Part shown: piece by piece, positions 7,034 to 15,813 of the stretch
How positions within the stretch are numbered: position 1 is the first letter of the stretch
How the letters are laid out: every line of letters begins with the position of its first letter
DNA from: Patescibacteria group bacterium
Lineage (GTDB): Bacteria; Patescibacteriota; Minisyncoccia; UBA6257; HR35
Direction: 5' to 3'
DNA length: 32,000 bases
NCBI GenBank assembly: GCA_030549845.1
Contig: JAUQQN010000004.1
Coordinates: forward strand, 10,269 to 42,268
Notes under the pieces: generated by a model
The model's database searches: none
The model's input: only the letters and a program-made list of their open reading frames with translations
What the model was told of the DNA's origin: nothing
Translations under genes and position numbers: made by a program

Positions 7034-8083
7034 TTATGAATATTCTAAACTATTAATTATCCCTAAACCTATCATCAAAGAAATTGCATTCGATGGCCCA
7101 TAGCTAAAAAATGGAAGTGGCACTCCTGTTGTTACTATTAAATTAGCAATAATATGAACATAAATTTGCGCTGAAAGCATTGTTCCAAACCCATAAACAA
7201 AAAATTTTTTTTCTTCATTTTTAACTAATCTTGCTTTTTGAAAGATTATAACTAAGAAAAGAATAAAAATTAATATTAAAGCCAATGAACCTATAAAACC
7301 TGTTTCTTCTGCATAGATAGCAAAAATTGAATCTGTCATCATTAAGGGTATTCCTATTAATTTAAACTCTGACTTTCCAAAGCCTTTTCCATAAATTCCT
7401 CCTGAGCTTATGGCTAATCGTGCTTGTTTTAATTGATACGCAGTTTCTCCTTCAGTAGTAAAAATACTTAAAATTCTTTTAACTCTATATTCTTGCGTCA
7501 AACCTATCATAAAAATTAAAATCCCTATTAATGCAATTATTAATAAATTTCTGAAAGAGAATTTTAAACCAAAAAATCCTCCTGCTATCCCTGCAAGAAA
7601 TATTAAAAGATTACTTAAGGCAGGTTGCTTATAAATTATTACGCATATGCTTCCAATTATAAATATTGTAATAATTAGGTAATCTCGCCCCCTTTTTATT
7701 AAGGGAACTATAAAGGCTATTAATAATAAGGTTGAAATTTTTAAAAATTCTGTAGGTTGAAAGGAAATGTTTTTAAAATAAAACCAACGAGCAGATTCTT
7801 TCCCGGGTAATTGAAAATATGGCAAAAAAGCTAGTAATGTAAAAATTAAAGAAAATAAAAAAAATGGGAGAGTAATTTTTCTTATTGTGCTCCACTTAAG
7901 AAAAGCAAAAATAAAAAAGAATAAAAAAGGGAGGAGAACATTACCTAGAAGAAACTTGATAAATAAAAATCTATAAAAAATTGGATCTTTTACTACTAGG
8001 ATAGCATATATCCCATAAAAAGTAAATAAACCCAAAAATGTTAACACAGCAATGAAAAATATTAAAGGTTTATCTAATTTCAT
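7034..8083 (-). CDS. ftsW: SEDS-family peptidoglycan glycosyltransferase FtsW/RodA
   Basis: 349-aa polytopic membrane protein with SEDS-like segments (MTDSIFAIYAEETGFIG, GVPLPFFSYGPS). The ftsW call rests on adjacency to murG. Confidence 0.8.
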   Translation of the reverse strand: MKLDKPLIFFIAVLTFLGLFTFYGIYAILVVKDPIFYRFLFIKFLLGNVLLPFLFFFIFAFLKWSTIRKITLPFFLFSLIFTLLAFLPYFQLPGKESARWFYFKNISFQPTEFLKISTLLLIAFIVPLIKRGRDYLIITIFIIGSICVIIYKQPALSNLLIFLAGIAGGFFGLKFSFRNLLIIALIGILIFMIGLTQEYRVKRILSIFTTEGETAYQLKQARLAISSGGIYGKGFGKSEFKLIGIPLMMTDSIFAIYAEETGFIGSLALILIFILFLVIIFQKARLVKNEEKKFFVYGFGTMLSAQIYVHIIANLIVTTGVPLPFFSYGPSNAISLMIGLGIINSLEYS

Positions 8084-8607
8084 TATCTTTTATGCCATTG
8101 AGGTGCCCTTCTTGCTTTTTTGAGTCCATACTTTTTTCTTTCTACTTCCCTTGAGTCTCTAGTTAGATAACCTGCTTTTTTAAGCTTTGGCCTCCATTCC
8201 GGATTTAATTTTACTAAAGCCCTAGCTAAACCTAATTTAATCGCATCTGCTTGGCCATGTAATCCCCCACCTTTTACCTTTACAGTAACTAAATAATGTT
8301 TAAATAATCTTAACTTCCTAAGCGGAGCATCTACTATTTTTTGCAAATACAATACAGGAAAATATTCAGTATAAATTTTACCATTAACATAAATCGGTAA
8401 GGTTTCTTTTGTAGTATTTTGCCAAATTCTTACTCGTGCAATTGCTTCTTTTCTTCTCCCTATTCCTTCAATATATCTTCCTTCTTCAAGTTGGGGAACA
8501 TTCTCAACAATTTCTTTTTCTTCAGTTTTTTTCTCTTCTTCAATTTCAAATTCTTTTAATTCTTTTTCTTCAACTTCTTCTAATGTATCTAATTTTTGTT
8601 CTTCCAT
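8083..8607 (-). CDS. rpsI: 30S ribosomal protein S9 with an acidic N-terminal extension of about 45 aa
   Basis: The C-terminal two thirds are canonical uS9 (GRRKEAIARV ... GGGLHGQADAIKLGLARAL ... LTRDSREVERKKYGLKKARRAPQWHKR). The N-terminus is Glu/Lys-rich. Confidence 0.9.
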   Translation of the reverse strand: MEEQKLDTLEEVEEKELKEFEIEEEKKTEEKEIVENVPQLEEGRYIEGIGRRKEAIARVRIWQNTTKETLPIYVNGKIYTEYFPVLYLQKIVDAPLRKLRLFKHYLVTVKVKGGGLHGQADAIKLGLARALVKLNPEWRPKLKKAGYLTRDSREVERKKYGLKKARRAPQWHKR

Positions 8608-8614
8608 TTTTAAT

Positions 8615-8992
8615 CTACTCTACTAATATTATTCTTTTTAATCTATTTTTTCTTAATTTATTTTTGGGAAGCATCCCCGCTACAGCTTTTTGAATAATTT
8701 TCAAAGGATTTCTTTGCCATAACTCTTTTAATGTATATTTTCTTAAATGTCCAATGTAACCTGTATGTTTATAAATTAATTTTTTTTCAAATTTATTTCC
8801 AGTAAATTTTATGTTTTTCCAATTCTTTATTTTTACATAAACAGGAAAATCTATATAAGGAGCGTAATTTGGTTTATGTTTGCCTTGTAAATAATAAGCA
8901 ATTAAGGTAGAAAGTCTTCCTAATGACTTGTTATTTGCATCAATTTCTATTTCTTCGACTTGTTGTTCTTCTTTTATTGTTTTCTGGAGCAT
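8615..8992 (-). CDS. rplM: 50S ribosomal protein L13
   Basis: uL13-like segments are present (LGRLSTLIAYYLQGKHKP, KHTGYIGHL, AVAGMLPKNKL). The start is trimmed to ATG 8992 (MLQKTIKEE) to avoid overlapping the divergent dnaG. Confidence 0.85.
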   Translation of the reverse strand: MLQKTIKEEQQVEEIEIDANNKSLGRLSTLIAYYLQGKHKPNYAPYIDFPVYVKIKNWKNIKFTGNKFEKKLIYKHTGYIGHLRKYTLKELWQRNPLKIIQKAVAGMLPKNKLRKNRLKRIILVE

Positions 8993-9019
8993 TATTTTAA
9001 TTTTAACAAATTTTTTATA

Positions 9020-10681
9020 ATGAAAAAAGAAATGGAGAGTAGAATATTGCAAGAAATTAAAGAAAAATTAGACATTGTAGAATTTATAGGTGGGTATGTA
9101 GAGTTAAAAAGAGTAGGAAGTTATTATAGGGGTTTATGCCCTTTTCATCAAGAAAGAAACCCCTCCTTTTTTGTATCTCCAGAAAGACAGATGTTTAAAT
9201 GCTTTGGGTGTGGAGCAGCTGGTGATGTAATTACTTTCTATATGAGAATCGAAAATCTCGAATTTAAAGAAGCTGTGGAAAGATTAGCTGAAAAATTAGG
9301 CTTAGAACTTGATATTTCTCAAAAAGAAACAGACTTTCAAGAGATCAAAAAAATCCTAGAAATTAACCGGATAGCCCTAAACTATTATAAAAAAACCTTG
9401 AAAGATGTCAAGGAAGCTTTAGATTATTTAAAAAAACGAGGATTAAAAGATGAAACTATAGAGTATTTTGATTTAGGTTATGCAAATGAAGGTAATTTCT
9501 TAAGAGACTTTTTGCTTTCCTTGGGTTATGATATAGAAGAAATTCAAAAAGCAGGGCTTTTAAATGAAAAGAGGGAAGATAAGTTCCAATCCAGAATAAT
9601 TTTTCCTTTGATTGACATTGATAAAAAAATCGTTGGTTTTACCGGAAGAAGCTTCCCAGAAAAAGAAAGGGCTCCAAAATATTTAAATAGCCCTGAAACA
9701 ATTTTATTTAAAAAATCTAGGTTTATTTATGGACTAGTTTATTCTAAAGATTATATCCTCAAAGAAAAAGAAGCAGTTATAGTGGAAGGACAATTTGATT
9801 TTATACTTTCCTTCCAGAATAATCTAAAAAATTGTATTGCTGTATCTGGTTCTTCTTTGACAAAAGAACAGCTTCAAATTCTAAAAAAATATACAAACAG
9901 ATTAGTATTAGGATTTGATAACGATGACGCTGGTTTTAAGGCCTCCCTAAGGGCAGGTCTTTTGGCATTAGAATCTAAATTTGAAATATATAAATTGATA
10001 TTTGATCCTTACAAAGATTTAGCTGAATTTTTTGAAAATCAAAATACAATAGAAAACTTAAAGAAGGTGCCTTTCATTGATTATCTTTTTGACTACATTG
10101 AAAATAAATTCGATCTTAATGATTTAGATAACAAAAGAAAAGCTTTAAATTTAATACTTCCATTTCTTAAATACTTAGACGTAGTTGCTTCTTCATTTTA
10201 TATCAATAAGCTTTCACTTTTATTAAAAATAAAAGAAGATTTTATAATAAATGAATTAAATAAAGTACAAATAGAAGTCCAAGAGGAGCCAGAAACTCAA
10301 GTTTCTTATTTCACTAATAGATTGTTTGATTTAATAGAAAAATTTGTTGCTCTTTCAAAGCTTTTAAATAAAGAAGAAGAAAAGGAAATATTGCTAAGGG
10401 AGATGGATTATGAGTTTAGGGAATATTTTGAAGAAATAGAGTTCAATGAAGAAAAGCAAGATATATTACGATTGAGAATGTTATATGAAGAACTTAATAC
10501 TTCTGATTTAGAAAAAGAATTTAAATTTATCCAAAAGGAAATTCTAAAGGAATACTACAAAAATAAAATAAATTATTATAAGGAGCTCATAAATAATATA
10601 AATCCTGAAGATTTGGAAAATTTATTAAAACAAGTAAAATTTTATACAGAGAAATTAAAAATACTAGAGAAAAATGCCTAG
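9020..10681 (+). CDS. dnaG: DNA primase DnaG
   Basis: Zinc-binding motif CPFHQERNPSFFVSPERQMFKCFGCGAAGD, and a TOPRIM region (VEGQFD ... GFDNDDAG). The start is trimmed to ATG 9020; the track start at 8960 is a TTG inside the rplM 5' region. Confidence 0.9.
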   Translation: MKKEMESRILQEIKEKLDIVEFIGGYVELKRVGSYYRGLCPFHQERNPSFFVSPERQMFKCFGCGAAGDVITFYMRIENLEFKEAVERLAEKLGLELDISQKETDFQEIKKILEINRIALNYYKKTLKDVKEALDYLKKRGLKDETIEYFDLGYANEGNFLRDFLLSLGYDIEEIQKAGLLNEKREDKFQSRIIFPLIDIDKKIVGFTGRSFPEKERAPKYLNSPETILFKKSRFIYGLVYSKDYILKEKEAVIVEGQFDFILSFQNNLKNCIAVSGSSLTKEQLQILKKYTNRLVLGFDNDDAGFKASLRAGLLALESKFEIYKLIFDPYKDLAEFFENQNTIENLKKVPFIDYLFDYIENKFDLNDLDNKRKALNLILPFLKYLDVVASSFYINKLSLLLKIKEDFIINELNKVQIEVQEEPETQVSYFTNRLFDLIEKFVALSKLLNKEEEKEILLREMDYEFREYFEEIEFNEEKQDILRLRMLYEELNTSDLEKEFKFIQKEILKEYYKNKINYYKELINNINPEDLENLLKQVKFYTEKLKILEKNA

Positions 10682-11813
10682 GAAATCTAAAAAAAATAAA
10701 AAACTAGCAACAAAAAAACAAAGAAAGTCAAGAAAAAAAGCCCTATTCGAAGCAAAAATAAAGGAACTCATAAGAAGAGGTAAGGGGAGGGGTTTTGTTA
10801 CAGAAAAAGAAATATTAGAATTATTCCCCAAAATTGAAGAAGATATTGAATTGTTAGAAAAAATAGCTGAAGAATTAGATTTAGTAGGAATAGAAATAAA
10901 AAGTAGTGGAGAACTTTGGGGATTAAATGATGACTTGGATGAAGAAAGTATTAGCGAAGATATCCAAAAACTTACAGAAGAAGAGGCTTTGGCTCCTCAT
11001 ATTCAACAATATTTAAAAGAAATAAATAAGATTCCGTTATTGACACCAGAAGAAGAAAAAGAGCTTGCAAAAAGAGCAGCCCAAGGAGATGAAGAAGCAA
11101 GAGAAAGATTAATAAAATCTAACCTGAGATTAGTATTTAGCATAGCTAAAAAATATTATGGAAGAAGTAAAAAACTTTCATTTATGGATTTAGTTCAAGA
11201 GGGGACATTAGGTTTAATAAAAGCTATTGACAGATTTGATTGGAGAAAAGGATTTAAACTATCAACATATGCTACATGGTGGATCCGACAAGCAATTACA
11301 AGGGCAATGGCCGATCATGCAAGGACTGTAAGATTACCTGTTCATATTATTGAACAATTATACAGATTAAATAAAATAAAAAAAAGACTAACCGAAGAAT
11401 TAGGCAGAGAACCTACTCCTGAAGAATTAGCTCAAGAGTGTAGGATACCTGAAAGAAAACTTCATAAGTTATTAAAGTTGACTTATGATGTTACTTCTTT
11501 GGAAAAACCAATAGGTGAAGGAGAGACAGAACTTAAAGAATTGATAAAAGATGATAGAGCTTTTTCTCCTGAAAAAGAGGCAAGTTTAGAAGTTTTAAGA
11601 AAAAGACTTCTAGAAGCTATAGAAGATTTACCACCAAAAGAAAAAAGGATTATAATGCTAAGATATGGATTGGAAGATGGTATTATGCATACATTAGAAG
11701 AAATTGGAAAAATTTTTGGTATTACAAGAGAAAGGGTAAGACAACTTGAAATTAAAGCACTTGAAAGACTTAAAAACCATGGAATTGTTTTAGAAATTAA
11801 GAATTATTACTAA
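10674..11813 (+). CDS. rpoD: RNA polymerase primary sigma factor (sigma-70 family)
   Basis: Region 2 (DLVQEGTLGLIKAIDRFDWRKGFKLSTYATWWIRQAITRA), region 3 and region 4 (TLEEIGKIFGITRERVRQLE) are all present. It overlaps dnaG by 8 nt. The N-terminus is Lys-rich. Confidence 0.9.
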   Translation: MPRKSKKNKKLATKKQRKSRKKALFEAKIKELIRRGKGRGFVTEKEILELFPKIEEDIELLEKIAEELDLVGIEIKSSGELWGLNDDLDEESISEDIQKLTEEEALAPHIQQYLKEINKIPLLTPEEEKELAKRAAQGDEEARERLIKSNLRLVFSIAKKYYGRSKKLSFMDLVQEGTLGLIKAIDRFDWRKGFKLSTYATWWIRQAITRAMADHARTVRLPVHIIEQLYRLNKIKKRLTEELGREPTPEELAQECRIPERKLHKLLKLTYDVTSLEKPIGEGETELKELIKDDRAFSPEKEASLEVLRKRLLEAIEDLPPKEKRIIMLRYGLEDGIMHTLEEIGKIFGITRERVRQLEIKALERLKNHGIVLEIKNYY

Positions 11814-11822
11814 AATTATTAT

Positions 11823-12932
11823 ATGCTTTATAGAAAATATCGACCTAAAACATTTAAAGAAATAGTAGGTCAAGATATAATTGTAAGAATTTTAAAGAAT
11901 TTTTTAAAAAATAAAAATAAAATACCTCAAGGCTATCTTTTTGCGGGGCAACGTGGAACTGGAAAAACTTCAACAGCAAGAATTTTTGCTAAAGCTTTAA
12001 ATTGTTTAAATTTTGATTTAAATGATTGTGAGCCATGTAATCAATGTATAAATTGTGAAGCAATAAATAACGGACAATTTTTGGATTTAATAGAATTGGA
12101 TGCAGCTTCTAATAGAGGCATTGATGAAATAAGAAACATAAAAGAACATATAGGATTTAGGCCTATCCAAGGAAAATATAAGGTTTTTATAATTGATGAA
12201 GCTCATATGCTTACAGAACCTGCTTTTAATGCTTTGCTTAAAACACTAGAAGAGCCGCCAAAGCATGCGATTTTTATTTTAGCAACAACAGAACCAGAGA
12301 AAATTCCACCAACTATTTTATCAAGAGTCCAAAGATTTGATTTTAGAAGGATCCCTATAAAAGACATAGTAAGAAAATTAAAAGAAATATCAGAAAATGA
12401 AGGCATAGAGGTAACTGAAAGAGCTTTATATTTAATAGCTGAAGAGGCAGAGGGTGCTTTAAGAGATGCAGAAACTTTGTTAGAAAAAATTATATTATCA
12501 TTAAATCCTCATAAAACAATTACTGAAGAATATGTTGAAGAGTTTTTAGGTAAAGTAAGCACTAGAGAAATTCTTGATTTTCTTGAAAAATTAATAGAGA
12601 GAAATTTCGAAGAATCAATAAAAAAGATACACAAAGTTTATGAAGAAGGATATGATTTAGTGGTTTATGTAAGGTCTATTTTAAAAATCTTAAGAGATAT
12701 TTTGGTTATAAAAACATTGCCTATCTGGGAGAAGCAATTAATAAAAGATTATGAAGAAGAAATTGTTCAAAAAATCATAGAAATTTCTAAAAAAATAAAC
12801 ATAGACTCGGTTAAAAAACTTATAAAACTATTCTCTGAAGCAGAGTTAAATATAAAAAGAGATCCACCAATTTTAACCTTACCGCTAGAACTTGCTGCAG
12901 CAGAATATATTTTTGAAAAAGAAACTAAGTAA
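11823..12932 (+). CDS. dnaX: DNA polymerase III subunit gamma/tau (short form)
   Basis: Walker A GQRGTGKTS, Cys-rich zinc module CEPCNQCINC, the DEAHML box and sensor motif SRVQRFDF. Length is 369 aa. Confidence 0.9.
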   Translation: MLYRKYRPKTFKEIVGQDIIVRILKNFLKNKNKIPQGYLFAGQRGTGKTSTARIFAKALNCLNFDLNDCEPCNQCINCEAINNGQFLDLIELDAASNRGIDEIRNIKEHIGFRPIQGKYKVFIIDEAHMLTEPAFNALLKTLEEPPKHAIFILATTEPEKIPPTILSRVQRFDFRRIPIKDIVRKLKEISENEGIEVTERALYLIAEEAEGALRDAETLLEKIILSLNPHKTITEEYVEEFLGKVSTREILDFLEKLIERNFEESIKKIHKVYEEGYDLVVYVRSILKILRDILVIKTLPIWEKQLIKDYEEEIVQKIIEISKKINIDSVKKLIKLFSEAELNIKRDPPILTLPLELAAAEYIFEKETK

Positions 12933-12934
12933 AA

Positions 12935-13252
12935 CTACCGTACCTTGCTTCCAGGGGTTACTTGTTCTAATGGTACTATTATTACAGGACCATTTTCTGA
13001 ATCTACTGCAAGAAGCATTCCTTCACTTTTGATACCTTTTATTTCTTTTGGTTCTAGGTTATTCACTACAATAACTAATTGACCTAATAACTCTTCTAAA
13101 TCATATTTTTCTCCTATCCCAGCAACTATTGTTTTTCTAACTTCACCTATATTTACAACTAACTTTACCAATTTAGTACCTTCTATTTTTTCTGCTTCTT
13201 CTATTTTCCCTACTCTTAAATCTATTTTATTAAAATCATCTATTGAAATCAT
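12935..13252 (-). CDS. tRNA-binding domain protein (CsaA / EMAP-II-like OB fold)
   Basis: 105 aa. The segments DLRVGKIEEAEKIEGTKLVKLVVNIGE ... IVAGI ... LVIVVNNLEPKEIKGIKSEGMLLA are typical of the stand-alone tRNA-binding domain. Confidence 0.8.
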   Translation of the reverse strand: MISIDDFNKIDLRVGKIEEAEKIEGTKLVKLVVNIGEVRKTIVAGIGEKYDLEELLGQLVIVVNNLEPKEIKGIKSEGMLLAVDSENGPVIIVPLEQVTPGSKVR

Positions 13253-13482
13253 TACATTGGTATTGGACTAGGTATTTCTTTACAATTCTCATTTATAGGA
13301 TAAAAATCTCCATGTTGAATATGAGCCTCCTCAGCGCTTTTATTTATTTCAATTAAAACATATTGATTTTTTTGACTGTGTGTTTTGTGACATATTAAAA
13401 CCTTTTCATTAGCTAAGCTAATGTTTATATAAATTAAACTACCTAATAAAAGAATTATGAGGAGAAATATTGTTTTGTGCAT
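13252..13482 (-). CDS. small secreted protein, unknown function
   Basis: 76 aa with an N-terminal signal-like helix (IFLLIILLLGSLIYINISLA) and a Cys/His-containing mature part. Confidence 0.5.
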   Translation of the reverse strand: MHKTIFLLIILLLGSLIYINISLANEKVLICHKTHSQKNQYVLIEINKSAEEAHIQHGDFYPINENCKEIPSPIPM

Positions 13483-13527
13483 AATTTTAAAAAATTAAAT
13501 TACGACCTTTTAAAATTATATTATAAA

Positions 13528-14412
13528 ATGCAAAAGGTTATCTTTATAACAGGAGCTACTGCTTCTGGAAAATCAGATTTTGCAATCTGGCTTGCAAAAA
13601 AAATAAACGGAGAAATTATAAATGCAGATTCTAGGCAGGTATATAAATTTTTAGATATAGGAAGTGGAAAAATAACAAAAAAAGAAGAAAAAGAAGTTAA
13701 ACATTATCTTTTAAGCATTGCTTCACCAAAAAGAAATTATTCTTTAGGAAAGTGGCTTAAAGATGTAGATAAAGCTATAGAAAAAATTGTAAAAAGGAGG
13801 AAGGTTCCTATTATATGTGGTGGTACTATTTTGTATTTAAAAGCACTAAAAGAAGGGTGGATATTACCTAAAGTTAAGCCTGATTATAAATTAAGAAAGG
13901 AATTAGAAAAATTAGATACTAACACGTTATTCCAAAAATTAGCAAAAATTGATCCAGAAAGAGCTAGAAATATTCAAAAAGAAAATAAAAGAAGGTTGAT
14001 TAGGGCTTTGGAAATCGCTTTAAAGCTAGGAAGGGTTCCTAAACTTATCAAAAAGCCAAAATATAAGATTTTAATACTAGCTCCTTATATTGAATTTGAA
14101 AAATTAGAAAAAAGAATTTATAAGAGATTAAAAAAAAGAATAAAAGGGATTATAGAAGAAATAAAAAAATTACGAAAAATAGGATTAAGCTTTAAAAGGA
14201 TAATAAGTTTTGGATTAGAATATGAATGGTTTGGGAAATATGTTATGGGCAAGATTGATCTTAAATTTGCTATTGAAAAATGTTATAAAGATATCAGAAG
14301 ATTTGCTAGAAAACAAATAAGAGAATTAAATAAAATTGGGGAAGTTAAATGGTTTAAAAATAAAAAAGAGTTATTGAAGATAGTTCAAAACTTTCTTAAA
14401 AATGAAATTTGA
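13528..14412 (+). CDS. miaA: tRNA dimethylallyltransferase MiaA
   Basis: P-loop GATASGKS followed by INADSRQVYKFLDIGSGK. The start is trimmed to ATG 13528 (MQKVIFITG). Confidence 0.85.
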   Translation: MQKVIFITGATASGKSDFAIWLAKKINGEIINADSRQVYKFLDIGSGKITKKEEKEVKHYLLSIASPKRNYSLGKWLKDVDKAIEKIVKRRKVPIICGGTILYLKALKEGWILPKVKPDYKLRKELEKLDTNTLFQKLAKIDPERARNIQKENKRRLIRALEIALKLGRVPKLIKKPKYKILILAPYIEFEKLEKRIYKRLKKRIKGIIEEIKKLRKIGLSFKRIISFGLEYEWFGKYVMGKIDLKFAIEKCYKDIRRFARKQIRELNKIGEVKWFKNKKELLKIVQNFLKNEI

Positions 14413-14605
14413 AGATTTAATAATAATTTTAGGAATTTTTTTATTCCTCATAGGCATATTATTGAAATTAAACTTAAAAATCTTTCCTTTACCTGGCGAC
14501 ATTTTGATTAAAGGAGAAAATTTTGTTTTTTATTTCCCCATTGTAACTTCTATAATTATAAGTATATTAGCTTCTATAATTTTATGGTTTTTAAGTAAAA
14601 AGTAA
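14402..14605 (+). CDS. DUF2905-like small membrane protein
   Basis: 67 aa with two TM helices flanking the LPGDILIKGENFVFYFPI motif. It overlaps miaA by 11 nt. Confidence 0.6.
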   Translation: MKFEDLIIILGIFLFLIGILLKLNLKIFPLPGDILIKGENFVFYFPIVTSIIISILASIILWFLSKK

Positions 14606-14656
14606 GAGTCTTTTAACTAGTTTTTCGAAAAGATAAAAATTTATAAGCAAATATTA

Positions 14657-15571
14657 TTACCCCAATTCTTTAAAAGCTTCAAAAATGGCTTTACTTTCTT
14701 TTTTAAGAACAACTTTTATTTTATCTGAAGGGAATCCAATTTGGATCAATAATTCTCTAACTTGAGGTGAAAATACAACAACACCTTTAATTTTTGATAA
14801 AGGTACTTCTGGATATATTTTAATTTCTGGATTACCTGAGTATCTTCCTTTTAAACTTAAATAAGTTTGTAAGCTTCCCCAAATTTTGTCTCGCAATTCT
14901 TCATCTTCATAATATTCATAAGGCGAATTTTTAAAATAAAGAGCAAGAAGTGCGCAAAAAATTTGGTAAAAATGTTTACCTTCTAAAATTTGTTTCCGGT
15001 ATTCTTCCAAAACCTCTTTTGTTTGATCTTCAGTCAAAAAGTCTATTTCCCATTGAGTTAATCCTGTTAATTTTCGCATAATTTCTAAAATATCTTCCAA
15101 TGAAACTAAAGAAAAGTACTCTTGCAATATAGTAATTTCAACTCCTATTAGGATTTCGCCAAATTGAAAACGAATCGGATTCATGCTGAGAAAAACGAAA
15201 TTATCTAAACCAAATTTTCTATCAAAACCATATGTATGGGTTTTGATTTTCATTCCTAATTCTCTTAATTTTCTCAAAGAATAAATACTTGAACGTTTTT
15301 TCCACATTTTAATAAAAGACTCAGTAGATGTGGAATGAAATAAAACCATTTTATTAACAAAATTTTTTGCTTCTTCTAGTTTTTTAACAAAAATTTCTTC
15401 AGAAATTCCTAATCTTTCAGCTTCTTCTTTAATTTTAGAAAGGATTATTAAAAATCTTTGCTCTCTTTCTTCTTCTGTTCCAAAAGCTTCTATTGGTAGT
15501 TCTTTGGGAATACGTGTAACTACTTCTTGGCTTGAGATATCTTTAGTTTTCTTAAAGAATTTAAAAAACAT
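14657..15571 (-). CDS. hypothetical protein, possible ADP-ribosyltransferase-fold enzyme
   Basis: 304-aa ORF with a clean ATG. The segments VLFHSTSTESFIKMW..RSSIYS, LDNFVFLSMNP and NPEIKIYPEVPLSKIKGVVVF resemble the order of H-x-T, aromatic strand and catalytic Glu strand in H-Y-E ART folds. This is from memory of motifs, not a search. Confidence 0.6.
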   Translation of the reverse strand: MFFKFFKKTKDISSQEVVTRIPKELPIEAFGTEEEREQRFLIILSKIKEEAERLGISEEIFVKKLEEAKNFVNKMVLFHSTSTESFIKMWKKRSSIYSLRKLRELGMKIKTHTYGFDRKFGLDNFVFLSMNPIRFQFGEILIGVEITILQEYFSLVSLEDILEIMRKLTGLTQWEIDFLTEDQTKEVLEEYRKQILEGKHFYQIFCALLALYFKNSPYEYYEDEELRDKIWGSLQTYLSLKGRYSGNPEIKIYPEVPLSKIKGVVVFSPQVRELLIQIGFPSDKIKVVLKKESKAIFEAFKELG

Positions 15572-15713
15572 ATAAATATGTAAAGTTAAAATTTAATTTG
15601 ATATTTAAAAATTTTATATAAAAACCACAGCAACGCAATGGCTATAAAAAATTATTAGCTAAAGAGTTATCCACTAATAGATTTTATTAATTTAAGGTTA
15701 AAATTTTTATAAG

Positions 15714-15785
15714 CGGGGTGTAGCACAGTGGTAGTGCGCTGGCATGGGGGGCCAGAGGCCCCGGGTTCGATTCCCGGCACCCCGA
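15714..15785 (+). tRNA. tRNA-Pro (anticodon GGG)
   Basis: Acceptor CGGGGTG/CACCCCG with a C1-G72 pair, anticodon stem CTGGC/GCCAG, loop ATGGGGG, and T-arm CCGGG TTCGATT CCCGG. Confidence 0.85.
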
Positions 15786-15813
15786 ATAATCTGATCATAT
15801 TTTGATAAAGCCA

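Noticed and set aside
8436-8693. 85-aa plus-strand ORF
   Set aside because: It is antisense to rpsI and the rplM 3' end. It is the Leu/Phe-rich mirror of Glu/Lys-rich coding sequence.
8960-9052. Overlapping 5' extensions of dnaG (TTG 8960) and rplM (start 9052)
   Set aside because: They would make the divergent genes overlap by 93 nt. The internal ATGs at 9020 and 8992 sit just before the conserved parts of each protein.
12203-12406. 67-aa minus-strand ORF
   Set aside because: It is antisense within dnaX.
13477-13527. 17-codon N-terminal extension of miaA
   Set aside because: It overlaps the divergent small secreted-protein gene. ATG 13528 lies immediately before the P-loop strand (MQKVIFITGATASGKS).
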